Counted from the stretch's first letter, positions 40,464-54,100 are shown. The stretch is 64,000 nt of DNA from Octopus bimaculoides (GCF_001194135.2 NC_068985.1:1378815-1442814); one strand, 5' to 3'. Translations and numbers: made by a program. The notes: a model not told the origin generated them from the letters alone.

Positions 40464-41116
40464 TACATACATACACACACATACAAAAGTTACGAATTGG
40501 AGTAGATAAAATCTGGGCTACATATGTTTCATTGCGAGTGGAACCTCAGAAGTGGTAATATCCAAGTGAGGTGTACACTGCAGGCTACTTTACAAGCCAA
40601 AGATATCTTGGTTAGATTAAAGGTTACATTGTTGCAAGGAAGCACTTATTGATGCAAGGAAGATTTAATATATATTCGAAAGTCTATGAAAATTATTTAA
40701 TACAGTTTTGAAGAGTAAAGATGGTTTTTTAAAAAATTATTTTTTAGAAAAATGTTAAGAAATCTTTTATCAAGATGTTAGTAAACCATTTTGAGAAATT
40801 TGTTTCTAGTGTATGTATATATATATATATATACATATATACTATATATGTGTTGTCCTTGCCTTCGAAACGTGGAGTAGATGGAACAGGGACAACTGAC
40901 GAAGGGTTATACTCTTTATGCTGCATGTCTCGTTTCACTATTTGTTTTTTCGCTGTTCGAATAAAGTTTGTGTTTTGTTTTCAACTTTATGTTTTCATTT
41001 CTCATTGTGTTTAACATGTTTTTGTCATGTCTGTACCCATATCTGCAGGTATGTATATATATAAATGTAGGTATGTACATATATGTATAGATATATGCAT
41101 ATGTTTATATATTATT

Positions 41117-41184
<68 letters not shown>

Positions 41185-41199
41185 ATTATTGAACCAAAT

Positions 41200-41640
41200 T
41201 TGATGACTGGCACCCGTGCCAGTGGAGTGCTAGCAGCACCATCCGAGTGGCATCACTGCCAGAGCAGCGGACTCGCTTCCGTGCCGGTGGCACGTAAAAA
41301 GCACCATTTGAGTGTGATCATTTCCAGCTTCGCCTTTCTGGCACTCATGCCGGTGGCACGTGAACAAAACATTGGACTGACTCCTGTGCAGGTGGCACAT
41401 AAAAAAACATCATTTGAGTGTAGCCATTGCCAGTCCCACTGAACTGGCCCTCATGTTGTTGGCACGTAAAAAGCACCCACTACACTCTCGGAGTGGTTGG
41501 TGTTAGGAAGGGCATCCCGCTGTAGGAACCCTGCCAGATCAGATTGGAGTCTGGTGTAGCCATCTGGTTCGCTGGTCCTCAGCCAAATCGTCCAACCAAT
41601 TCTAGCATGGAAAACGAACGTTGAATGATGATGATGATTA
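41200..41640 (+). mobile_element. SINE family A copy with internal tandem subunits
   Basis: Repeated GTGCCGGTGGCACGT(AAAAAGCACC) units followed by the conserved 3' end. Confidence 0.85.
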
Positions 41641-41740
41641 TTATTCAGGTCTGGAATTGAACTCTGAATCTTGGAGTTAGTAGCCTGTACTCTAAACCAC
41701 TATGCTATATGCCCATATGCCCAAGATTCCGAGTTCAATT

Positions 41741-41816
<76 letters not shown>

Positions 41817-41990
41817 AACAACTACAACATTAAAAAATACCTTAGGAATGAGAACCCAGGTTTGAAATTTCCCCAAGACACCTGATGAAGGCTGGAGAGT
41901 ATATCAGCTGAAACGTTGTGTTAACAACAAACAAGATGGGGACAAATATCTGTCAAATGTAAATAATGTACATAGTTCCTCATCTCTTAA
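41641..41990. mobile_element. tRNA-headed repeat with inverted 5' head, (AAT)n and a hammerhead-bearing tail
   Basis: Minus-strand head at 41641-41714 has A-box-like TAGCATAGTGG and B-box-like GAGTTCAATTCC. The plus strand repeats the head 3' half at 41720-41745, then (AAT)n and the HHR. Confidence 0.7.
41877..41922 (+). ncRNA. Minimal hammerhead motif
   Basis: GACAC-CTGATGA-A-GGCTG gagagtatat CAGCT-GAAAC-GTT-GTGTT. Confidence 0.75.
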
Positions 41991-42139
41991 AGTATAGATA
42001 TGTATGTATATATGTATGTATATATGTATGTATATATGTATGTACGTATGTGTGAATGTGTATGCATACATGTATGTATGCATGTATTTATATGCATGTA
42101 TTTATGTATGTATGCATGCATGTATGTATGTATGAGTGA

Positions 42140-42450
42140 AGATGCATGGCTTATTGGTTAGGGGATTCAGCTGCTGATTGTTGAGTTTTGAGTTCGATTC
42201 CTGGTGGCACATTGTGTCCTTGAGCAAGACACTATATTTCACCTGGCTCCAGTCCACTCAACTGACAAAAATGAGTTGTACCTGTATTTCAAAGGGCCAT
42301 CCTTGCCCCATTCTGTGCCATGCTGAATCTCCCTAAGGGTGCATGTGTTCTTTGGAGGACTCAGCCACTTACACTGTGTATGTATGGATGCCTCTCTGTA
42401 GTGTTCATAGCCACAGATACCCTTATTGGTTTGTGTGCAAGTCTGATGAT
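42140..42450 (+). mobile_element. SINE family D-related copy
   Basis: GATGCATGGCTTATTGGTTAG...GAGTTCGATTCC...GTGTCCTTGAGCAAGACAC. Confidence 0.7.
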
Positions 42451-43701
42451 GACTGACGGCCTATATGTATATATGATAGATAAGATAATATGATATACAT
42501 TTGTGTGTGTGTGTGTATATTTGTAAATATATTTGTATTTATATGTATGGTTGTGTGTATGTATGTTATGTATGTACATATACTTGTTTCTGTTGTGTTA
42601 TGACTATGAGAGTTTAGGTATTTCTATTAATATGAGTATGTGTGTGGGGGCTGTGCACATGTGAGAGAGTGAGAGAGAGAGGTAGAGGGAGGGATAGAAT
42701 CCTTTTGATTGAATTATGGAGTATATGAGTTGACTAGATCTATATGTGTGTGTATGATGCGTCAGTCTTGCAAAGCGTAAGTGTTTGTATATGCGTCTGA
42801 AAGAAGATGGTGCAGGAGAGATTAAGAGAGAGAGAATATGATGCAATGATTATGTGTGCATAAATGGATATAGGTGTGTATGTGTGGCAGCATAAAAATG
42901 GATGTACAGGAGTCTGTTATCATATGTAATTGCACCTAAATATGCACTGCATGCGTGCATTTAAGTGAATGCATACATTGATGTGTGTGGATGTATGTGT
43001 ATGCATCAGAACAGTTTTCAATTAATAATTCTAAACCGAAATTCCCATCAGATTACCAACAAGTTCTTGTGTGAACAAGAATTCTTGACTCTTAAAATTA
43101 CATTCTGTTCTGTGAATTTTCTTTTTTTCTTTCTTCTGTTATTACTCGCTTGTTGAAAACGACTCCCCCCAACATGATACTCAACCAATACTAATACCAC
43201 CCATGACCAACCCACATGACCCATGCTAAATTAAACTACTATTTTTAACCTTCTTCCTATCTGTACTTTTGGGGTTTCAATTTATGAAACAATTGCGATT
43301 CATTTATTTATTTGTTTGTGTTGCCATACGACATATTGAATAAGAGGCAACAGATTCTCTATATATTTAATAACTACTAGTGCTTGCCGTGGTGGAGGTG
43401 GTTGTGGTAAGGGAGCCATTGTGTGCAGTTTTTGGTTGGAATGGAAACTGATCATAAGTAAACAATTCAGAAAACTAAATACCTTCTGAACGCTATCATC
43501 ACAATATTGATTTCTAACATTGGCAAAGAGCATGAAACGTTGTCAGAGGGGAGTGCCATCAATTTAAATAACCCCCACCATTTAGCTGGTATTTATTCTA
43601 TTAATCTTTGAAAATAGGAAGGCTAAAAGGTAAGATGACTGTTGAAACGGTAGGAATGTATGTAGCAATCTTTTATTCTATCCTAGTTGTTATCATAATC
43701 T

Positions 43702-43905
43702 TTTCTACTCTAGACACAAGGCCCGAAATTTTGGGGGAAGGGCCAGTCAATTAGATCGACCCCAGTATGTAACAGGTACTTATTTTATCAACCCCGAAAG
43801 GATGAAAGGCAAAGTTGACTTCGGCGAAATTTGAACTCAGAATTTGACAGACGAAATATCACAAAGCATTTCACCTGGCATGCTAACGTTTCTGCCAGCT
43901 TCCTC
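43702..43905 (-). mobile_element. SINE family C copy
   Basis: Reverse complement of the family C consensus seen elsewhere in the window. Confidence 0.85.
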
Positions 43906-44434
43906 ATATTGTTATCATTATAATGTGAATTCTAGTGATAAAGATGTTGCACTTGTGATAGCTAGATCATAAGTTCGACTCCCATTTTGGGCAGAACGTT
44001 GTGTGTTTGAGCAAAACACTTCATTTCACATTTCAATCCAGTCAGCTGTGAATGGGTCCACTCTGTGATGTCCACTCTCTTCTGATCAGGGACGATGTTG
44101 GTTTGTTTACTCAGCCAGCTGTTGGGTGACTTCATGTGAAGGCTAAAACAATGGCAAGTGCATTGCGAACAGCAATGTGTAACAATGTCTGGCAGTCTGG
44201 TCGATATTGTGTTGCCGTGAATATCATAATAATGTAACCTTTGTTTGACTTTGAATGGTTGATAAGAATGGAATCAGAATGATTGTTATCTAATTATTTA
44301 TTTCTGCAATAGTGGTGCTGGTTAGGGTAATAGTAATATTTTGAAAGTATTTAATATGCATGGTTCAGGTGTTTGCATAATATATAATAGGAAATGCATC
44401 CAGTACATAAGACCATCTTCAGTTAAAGCATTTT

Positions 44435-44640
44435 AATCATCATCACCATCATTTAACCTCTGTTGTTATGCTGGCATGGGTTGGACGGCTCGACTGAAAA
44501 TTGGTAAGCCAAGGTGCTGCACCAGGTTCCAGTCTGATTTGGCAAGGTTTCTACAGCTGGATGCCCTTCCTGATGCCAACCACTCCAAGAATGTAGTGGG
44601 TGTTTTTTACATGCCACGGGTGCCATTGACTTGACACTGA
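44435..44640 (-). mobile_element. SINE family A copy
   Basis: CATCATTTAAC...GCATGGGTTGGACGG...GGATGCCCTTCC. Confidence 0.8.
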
Positions 44641-44729
44641 CATTCCCTCCAACGTTACAGTGCGACAATTCTTCGCACAGCTGTCCTTGTCCATATGCAT
44701 CACATGACCATACTAGTGAAGTTGTCTCC

Positions 44730-44890
44730 CTTGCACATCACTGTCTCACACATATACGATGGGCTTCTTTTCAGTTTCCATCTACGAAATCCACTCACAA
44801 GGTTTTGGTTAGTCCAAGGCTATAGTAGAAGACACTTGGCTGAGGTGCTGCACAGTGGGACTGAACCCAAAACCATGTGGTTGAGAAGTC
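44730..44890 (-). mobile_element. SINE family B copy
   Basis: TTTCAGTTTCCATCTAC...TATAGTAGAAGACACTTG...GGGACTGAACCC. Confidence 0.8.
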
Positions 44891-46325
44891 AACATTATCG
44901 TGAATCTATGATAACCAAAAATCCAAAGAGAAACAGGTAACGCATCACTGTCAAGTTGTAAAAGTTATTGCCAGGAAGCATTGTTAAGTCTCGTTACAAT
45001 GAATCAGAGAGAATCTTAAAAATATAAAACAGTATCGGGTAACGTTGATAAACTACCCCAACATGGTACCCTGCCTTGAAATGGTCAGAAACAAATGGAC
45101 TCACCTACTAAAAGAGTAAATTTTATGAGAATGTAGTGGTGAACGAAATAACCTTGTAGGTTAACAACACTCACAGAGTGTTTAAATAATAAACAACAGC
45201 ATTGCTTCAACAAACCAAAGAAAATAAAACATCGCAGAAGCTGTCACCGTTTTACAATGATCAACTTGGACAATTATGAAAGAATGGTTCAGACCAATTC
45301 TCTCTGATTTCTTCATAATGAGAGTTAACACTCAGTTGATAAAATGGTGTGAAAATTCATTCCGAAACAAATGAATGTCACAATGCTGTTTCCTCAAACA
45401 GAAACACTTTGGAGAGAAACTAATACTTCAAGGTTGATAGTGGTGCCAATGATATTTTTGATGTCTATCTATGATGACAGAGAAGTTAAAGAAGTTAAAT
45501 GGTGGCGGAGGTGGCGGCAGCGGTAGTTGTGGTGGTGGTGGTAGCGGTTGCAGTGGTGGTTGCAGTGATGCTGGTGGTGGTGGTGGTGGTTGCAGTGATG
45601 CTGGTGGTGGTGGTGGTGGTAGCAGTGGCAGCGGCAGTGTTGTTGTTGTTGTTGGTGGTGGTAATGCTGTAATGTTAGAAAAAATGTTGGAGTTACTGGA
45701 GAGGCCAGATGAATAGTAGTGGAGAGACGGTGCAGGTGAGTGTAGTAAGGGCTATGGAAATATTCCCCCAGTAGAGTATTTTTATGTTACTATAACATTC
45801 ATTCATCCTTGGATTAGGATAGTCCAGTGGATTTATCTCATAAAGTTTTTCAGAATATCTCAATGATTAGGAACGAACTTGTCAGGGACTCTTGAGACAT
45901 TTTCTCTTCTCAGTTAAAAAAAGATACAACTAAGTTGATGCCTATGTTTTTGGAGAATTGTAAGAATGAGTGTGTCTTAAACTATCACTTCTGCAAATCA
46001 GTTTCCAAACCCTCAATTTAGGTTCACACCTCACTAAAGTCAACTATATTATCTTTCCTCATACCAACACTAACATTAATTAATCATTCAGCATCCAGGT
46101 TTCTCTGTCAAATGTAAATACTTGTCTATTTACATTGTTTTGAATTTCAGGCATGGATCATTTTGCATCTTTGAAATTTCAATGATGAGACTATATCTTT
46201 AGAATGACATTGTTGGGTTGGTGTAAGATGGTGGATGTGGCTCATTTGAATATAAAAGAGCTAGAAAATTAGGGCTGGATATGATCAGTTTAAAGGAGAA
46301 AGAGTTAAATCCTAGCCTGTAATCA

Positions 46326-46800
46326 TCTAGTATATATAAATCACAGTATGTGTGTGTATATTGACTAACACATAGATTTCCACCATTCTCAACCGATTTT
46401 CACCAAACTTCACACACACATTATTCATGTCCCAAGAATGGTCATGCACTATAACATTTTGCTCAGAGCTCCCACGTAAATGGACAAACTGGGAAACATG
46501 GGGGTTTGCACGGGTTTTTCTCTAATTTGTTGTATGTAGATAGTGTTTTTGTATGTAGGGTCTTCCATACTTTTTTAATTTATATGGTCGTATATTGCCA
46601 TTAGAGAATATTTTTTAGTGGTTTTCACATTTTTTGATTTATTATTTATTTATATGTTGGAACTGTGCGTTATTATTGGTTAGAGAATATTATAAAAGTG
46701 AAACAATTTTGTCTATTTATTTATTTCGACTGTCCACCTGCAACGGTGATTAAATTGATTAGGAATACTATACGCAATGAATTATCCAATACCAAGCAAT
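46326..46800 (+). mobile_element. Non-autonomous Helitron-like element, 3' end degraded
   Basis: Starts a|TCTAGTATATATAAA, then a short microsatellite and CCGATTTTCACCAAACTT, as in short Helitron derivatives. No intact 3' hairpin/CTAG found. Confidence 0.45.
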
Positions 46801-48084
46801 CTTAATCTTCATATTTAAACTACATTAAACTTTGGGAAGCTTACCTTTACCTATTCTGAGTTTCTTGAAAGGTGATGTTCCCTTTCTTCCATTTGTTGAT
46901 ACCTTTGTTTACCTACCAATGCATTGTTTCACTTTAAGGATGCTTATTTACCCATCCATTATGATATTTTGAATACAACATCCTTACTGTAAACAGCTAA
47001 AGATTCAAAGCCATATTCGTGAACTAAAGTTAAACTCTTCACGTCAATTTCAGAGTGGTCATACATTGTAAGCCCATAGCAAATACGTTCCTTTAACTAT
47101 ACTTTTCAAGTAGGTATTATATTGCCATTTTTGAACGTATCAATCATACATGTCTCCGAAAAAATGCTCCCTTTGCTGTTGAATAAAATAAATTTGCAGA
47201 AGGGAAGTTTCAACGTCTTCCTTCATTTTCCTTACACCATTTATGTGGCTGTTTCTGACAAGACTATTTCGCTTTCATCTAAAACAACTATATTTTGTAG
47301 TCATTATCCATAATCTACTCCCAAAACACTTCAGTTGCTCTACTTTGCATCGCTTGAAAACTTGTATGTTCTATGATCATTAAAGTGCAACGACCTCTAC
47401 AATACCCAGCATTCAATTTGGTTTTCTCTTCCTAGGTTAACCAGAAACATAAATTGCCATGCTATTCATAAACCTTCCTGGTAGTTCAATTATTTGGTGA
47501 AAAAAATATCACCAAAGCTACTTAAACCATCCAAAGGATGGGTGCGTTTGCTAATCTTAAATAAAGAAGAGATAAAGTAAGTAACGAAGAACAAAAAGTC
47601 AGAGGAGTCACAACTGAAGCAAATTTTCCTTGATCCGGTCTTGATAGCATTAAACAACAACAATACCAACAACAACAACAGCAACAATCAGATGCTGTTT
47701 CTGAATGTCTGCTACCATGTAATCAATTGTAACATTGTCAATGTCCCTTTTTCCCATGAACTATTCCCCTATCAATGACTGCTGTCTGATAGAGTTCTTA
47801 TCAACACTTCATCTCATATTCCATACTCTATATCCACACTCCCTCCCTCAAAACCACAGAATCAACCAACATTGAAAAATCTCAGCTACAAATATGGCAT
47901 TTATTCTACAATATCAACCAATATTCTTGTTTATCATTTACCATTCAACATGTAATAAACGTTATCTAAATATCTTTCTTTCTTGTTAGAAATTCTTAAC
48001 AAAACACTTTACTTATAAATTTACAAAACTCAGTCTTCTTTTCTGTCTCTCTGCTTCATTCCTTTCCATTCTGGCATGATTCTT

Positions 48085-48290
48085 GTATAGCAGTTTCAAA
48101 TTTTGGCACAAGGCCAGTAATTTCGGGGGAGGGGTTAAGTGGATTACATCGGCCCCCAGTGCTCAACTAGTACTTATTTTATTGACCCCCGAAAGGCAAA
48201 GGTGTGCTTGGCAGCATTTGAACTCAAAACAAAGACAGACAAAATGTTGCTGAGCATTTTGTCTGGCTTGCTCATCATTCAACCAACTTT
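48085..48290 (-). mobile_element. SINE family C copy, degraded
   Basis: GCACAAGGCCAG...TACTTATTTTATTGACCCCCGAAAGGC...TTTGAACTC. Confidence 0.7.
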
Positions 48291-48869
48291 CCACAATTGC
48301 TGTATATTATTTGCCATTTCTCATACATACTTCTTCTTGTTTGTCTTTTTTCTTTAAAATCTTAAATCTTTCTATGTCTTTACATGAGATTCCCTCTGTT
48401 TCCTATTATCGTTATTTGACATCATTGCCAACTGATGTGAAAACTTTTATTTCTATTCAATATTTCCTTAACATTTGACTTTCTTTTACCATAATCTAAC
48501 ATTTAAAAATGCCACTCACTTGTGCACACCACACATCACCACCACCACCATATACATAGACACTTATATCCACATGCAAAAAAAAAACAAAACAAACAAA
48601 AACAAAGCAAATGCATATTTCAAATGCAAAGAAAAGACAATTAGGAAATAATATGAAAATGATGCCCTTTGTATTGAAGATAGAGAGTCCTATCATCAGA
48701 AGAATACAGGAATTAAATTAAGCATAAAATAACCACTTCTCGCAAACATTTTCCCCTTATTACAACAAAAGTAAAATAAATCCAAAATGAAATATTTCTT
48801 TCATATAAAATGACAAAATGAAATATTTAGCTGTAATATGATACCATTGCATTGAAATAAATTTAAGAA

Positions 48870-48921
<52 letters not shown>

Positions 48922-49422
48922 TCACCACTACTACTACTACCACTACCATTAATGTCACCACGATTACTAATAATAAGAAGAACAAGAATAATGATAATTT
49001 CTATAATAGCTAACACAATAATAATATAAATAATAATTTTATCTGATGAAATTTCGTCAGAGTTTTTGCTTTTTACTCTGTAATGTAATAAAAGCTTCCA
49101 GTATTATTGTTGTTGTTGTTGTTGTCATTGATGAAATCATTGTTATAAAAAAAAAAAAACTTCTCTGTCTTCCCCACCATTGTCATCAAATACATCATCA
49201 CCATCATTGTCATTTACAACAACAGCATCACTATCATGATCATTCATATCATCTTATTCATCATCATCACCACCATCATCATCATCATCATCATCACTAT
49301 CAATATTTCTAAGGACGTTTATTATTTGTGTCTGTGTGTGAATGTTAATGTGTGCTTGTGTGTGTGTATATGTGTGTGTGTGTGTGCGTGTTTGCACATG
49401 TGTGTGCATGTGTATGTATACA

Positions 49423-49454
<32 letters not shown>

Positions 49455-49510
49455 ATGTATGTGTATTTATGTTTTTATATTTATATTCATATATCTATAC
49501 ACTCACACAC

Positions 49511-49613
<103 letters not shown>

Positions 49614-50271
49614 TATGCATATACATATAAACGAACATGTTCATATATATATATTTATATACACATACACATACATTACATATACATATACATATATATA
49701 TATATATATACATATGATGTTTATATATAAATATATTTATTTATTTATTTGGTCCTCTCCTCCACAAAAAAAAAAGAATTACATTCAAAACATTGTTTGC
49801 TTTTTCTTCTTCTTCTTAATACAGTTAAGACTCAATTTTGAGGTAGAAAAATTAGTTTAGCTTCCACTAAGTACATTTTATATCAGGTGAGAATCGCAAG
49901 ATACACTGACTTTCACAAGTACTATCAGCTATAAAACTGAAGCACATATCATTTCCATATATGTTATTTCACCTGCTTCATAAAATAAAGGATCGCTGGA
50001 AATGAAAACAAAAATACAAAAATTAAAGACAGAAGAAAAAAAAAACCCGAAAATACATTAATATATTATCCCATTGTTTACATATTTATTTCATTTCACT
50101 CAGTTCATTTGTTCTTAATTTATTTTTTTTCTATTCAGTTTTTATATTTATATAAGCGTGTGTGCATGTTTATGAGTGCTCTGTGTGAATATATATACAC
50201 TAATATCTATACACTTGACAGTATGTGACTATATATATATAATATAATATTTATATGTAGACTTATATTTA

Positions 50272-50306
<35 letters not shown>

Positions 50307-51720
50307 NNNNNNNNNNNNNNNNNNNNNNNNNNNNNNNNNNNNNNNNNNNNNNNNNNNNNNNNNNNNNNNNNNNNNNNNNNNNNNNNNNNNNNNNNNNNNN
50401 NNNNNNNNNNNNNNNNNNNNNNNNNNNNNNNNNNNNNNNNNNNNNNNNNNNNNNNNNNNNNNNNNNNNNNNNNNNNNNNNNNNNNNNNNNNNNNNNNNNN
50501 NNNNNNNNNNNNNNNNNNNNNNNNNNNNNNNNNNNNNNNNNNNNNNNNNNNNNNNNNNNNNNNNNNNNNNNNNNNNNNNNNNNNNNNNNNNNNNNNNNNN
50601 NNNNNNNNNNNNNNNNNNNNNNNNNNNNNNNNNNNNNNNNNNNNNNNNNNNNNNNNNNNNNNNNNNNNNNNNNNNNNNNNNNNNNNNNNNNNNNNNNNNN
50701 NNNNNNNNNNNNNNNNNNNNNNNNNNNNNNNNNNNNNNNNNNNNNNNNNNNNNNNNTATATATACATATATAATATTTAAATATATATGTATATCTATGT
50801 ATATATAGATTTATATAGAAAATATATGTATATATAAATGAAATATGTGTGTGTGTATGTTTGTGTGTAATCTTTTCTTGTAATGATTGTGTATGTCTGT
50901 ATATGTTCACTTGCAGGTGTATGTCTTCATGTTTGTGTAAATGAAATTTTCTTTACTTCTTTAACTGTTATTTTTTTCATTATCTATTTTTTATATAATT
51001 ACATCTCGTTTCTTTCCTTTCTTTTCATTATTTTACCATTCTTCTTTTGCATACATTTAAAAAATATTTGTGTGTGTGTCAGTGTGCCTGTAAATCTATA
51101 TATGCATATACGTTTTTTTTTTGTGTGTGTGTTGTGTGTGTGTACACATATACATACATATTTGCATATATTTACATTATTTATGCTTTTTGTTTGTATA
51201 TTTTAATTTTTCTCATAGAAATCAATGTTCTTTTTAATTGCATTAGATCATTGACACAGCAAACCATTGAATATGTGTCTAAGAGAATGTTTTGAGAGAA
51301 GTGAGAGTGCAGAAAAGAAATGAAATATTAAAAGTAAATGAGTGATTAAATTGTTGAATAAGGATTAATGATAATGAATAAAATATTAGTGTTTATTCAT
51401 TGTGGTTTTGTATGTATGTCAGCCACCTAATATATTTGATGCCTAATTTTGTTATTATGAACTAATCTTTCACCTCTACAATGCACAACTAATGTAGTGT
51501 TTGGTTGTTGCTGTTATTTTGCTCAACGCCAAAAAGAATTCAGTTACTTTTCATTAAAGACAATCCAACCACGACTGATCTACTTTGTACACACCTATAG
51601 TTATATTGTTGAATGTCACAAAGTTTATGTTTATAGGTCTCACATGATTGTAATGCTTATGTACATATTATATATTATATGTATACATATATGGTATGTT
51701 TGTATACACACACACACATG

Positions 51721-51788
<68 letters not shown>

Positions 51789-51799
51789 ATCTGGGCCAA

Positions 51800-51907
51800 A
51801 TTCCCTGGTACTTTAAGTTCGAAGTGTGATGCTAATCGTCAGCCATTGGAAATTTTCTAATGGCTAAGGATTAGCATCACACTTCGAAACTTAAAGTACC
51901 AGGGAAT
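51800..51907. repeat. Near-perfect 108-nt palindrome with hammerhead-like arms
   Basis: ATTCCCTGGTACTTTAAG...|...CTTAAAGTACCAGGGAAT. Arms read TGG-CT(G/A)A(C/G)GA...GAA(A)C-TTAAA-GTA-CCA, with weak stem II. Confidence 0.85.
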
Positions 51908-52278
51908 CTAAATCAAACATTTTTTATTCATACTTGTAACTCCCAATAAATGTGTGGAGTGCTCTTTCGTTTTTCCACTCACTCATATATATATAAACAT
52001 ATATAATGTGTATATATAAAATTTATTAATAAGGGTAGAAATTGATATTAATCAATTAAAACAAGTGGTCTAGCATATTAAAAAAATCCGAAGATTAAAA
52101 TTATATTACATACAAAAATAGGAATGACCAGCAAAAGTAGACTCCTATATGCTTGAAATAGATGCCGAATCATCTAACCACGAAGAAATATGTTCTCAGT
52201 AAAAAATTAGCGACACAACAGACTGTAAAAGGGCAAGACAAATGAAAAAATACTAAAAAAAAAAAAAAAACGATTAAC

Positions 52279-52343
52279 CTACGTACCATGGTTTCACCTG
52301 TTAAAATTTACGTAAGTAAATATCTACAGGATCATCAGCGTAG
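52279..52343 (-). ncRNA. Hammerhead ribozyme motif with a fully conserved catalytic core
   Basis: Minus strand CTACG-CTGATGA-T-CCTGT..ATTTAC ttac GTAAAT..ACAGG-T-GAAAC-CATG-GTA-CGTAG: 5-bp stem I, two-part stem II, palindromic ACCATGGT; predicted cut between 52284 and 52283. Confidence 0.85.
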
Positions 52344-53879
52344 TCTGTCGATTTAAAAATATAATTTCCAGAACTAGACATAAGACGTCCACCCGAAATG
52401 GAGCACGTGTAGAGTTCTACATATTAAATTCAACGTATCCCTTCAAATGTCTTCAATCTGGCGCACTAAGGCCGGAAATAACTCTGCAGTTAATAAATTT
52501 TTCTGTAGTTACATGCCTTCATATGATGAATTCCTCACATGACATCTTCTCTGGAAATTATCCAAGTCTCACACCAACTGAATCTTGTGTGGAATCTGCA
52601 TCACTTTTCTACATCATTTTTTAGCTGAAACTTAAGGTTTTCGAATTTGACATCAACTATATTTCCTAGTTAAGTCCAATTTTAATTATCAATAAAATAA
52701 TAAAAGCAGCTGACCAGTTCTTTTCTTTACAGACAAAACAATACAATTGTCCTTATTCAGAGAGCAAGCGGCAGAAAAATAAACTTGAATTGATACAAAA
52801 AATACTGACTGTAGTTTTGAAATCAGCCAATTTTAGTCTAAATCAAATGAAAAAGTAAACAGAATAGAAATTATGTCAAAATTGTTCCTTTCAGTAAATT
52901 TGGACTCGAGTAACTTTATCATATTTCAGAGAAAAGAGATATGGGAAACTCTGAAAAACCAGGAACCAGAATGATTCTTAAGCAATTTCTGAATATTTTT
53001 TTTAAAAACCCAGAAAACAGGGAGTTGTATTCCCAATCCTAAAGTTTAAGGTTGTAGCAATGATTTGAAACTGAATCCCTGGATACACAGTTATACATCA
53101 CAAACAAACCACCATAGTTTCATGCAGTCAGTCTGTTAAACTGATTAATCAGTGTGAAGCAATGATACGGACAGTTTTACTCAAACATTCTAGAATTTGA
53201 CTTCTGGTCCCTTATAAAATCCATGTGGCAATGCATTTTTAAAAAGCAGACAACCTAGGAAGGCAACTAAGACAGATGGTGCAGATAAATGCCACAAATG
53301 TAGCACATTTGTTTCCAGTTATGTTGGACAAGCTGCAGAACACCATATAAACAGCTTGCCGTAAATTCCAAGCAGTATATCTCTCCCAGTATGTAATTAT
53401 TGTCATCTGTAAAAGGCTAACACCATTTGTCTTTACATGCGATAATAAAATCTTCTGTTAAATATCCACAAGTGTCGTTCAGTTACTTCTTGAAGCAGCC
53501 CAGGAACATATTTCCATTTATCGACTGAATCAATCACCCCCACCCCACCCCACCCCATTCCCACCTCACACCAGACCAGACCAGCCCCATGAATCTACAG
53601 ACTGCAACAAGTTAACATAAACAATTCAAAGATGTTTTCCACCTTAGAAAAACTTAGAAAAGTGCTATATATGACAGACTAGATTTCCCAATAAAGGGAT
53701 TCTTCAGCAATAGGATATAGAGCTCAGTTTGGAAATGAGAGATGTGCACTTTTATGGTTTCTGTTCTCAACATCTCAATGCAACAGTGCTGAATGGCATA
53801 AATTGCAGAGCTATTACAAACCGAGTTTGTGAAATGTGGGATTGTTAATTTTCACTCACATCAGCGCTGACTAGAATAT

Positions 53880-54100
53880 TCTTTTCTACTTTAGGCACAA
53901 TGCCTGAAATTTTGGGGGAGGGGGCCAGTCAATTACATCGACCCCCAGTACGCAACTGGTACTTAATTTATCGACCCCGAAAGGATGAAAGGCAAAGTCA
54001 ACCTTGGCGGAATTTGAACTCAGAACGTAAAGACAGACAAAATACTGCTAAGCATTTCACCCAGCTTGCTAATATTTCTGCTAGGTTGCCGCCTTACTGC
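53880..54100 (-). mobile_element. SINE family C copy
   Basis: Well-conserved reverse complement of family C. Confidence 0.85.

Noticed and set aside
40860-40920. GAAACGTG upstream of CTGACGAAGG (permuted hammerhead?)
   Set aside because: The GUG triplet is not cleavable and stems I/III do not close
45471-45716. Gly/Ser-rich ORF
   Set aside because: (GGT)n/(GCA)n simple repeat
49042-49061. TCTGATGAAATTTCGTCAGA near-palindrome containing CTGATGA
   Set aside because: No room for stem II; an isolated 20-bp palindrome in low-complexity DNA
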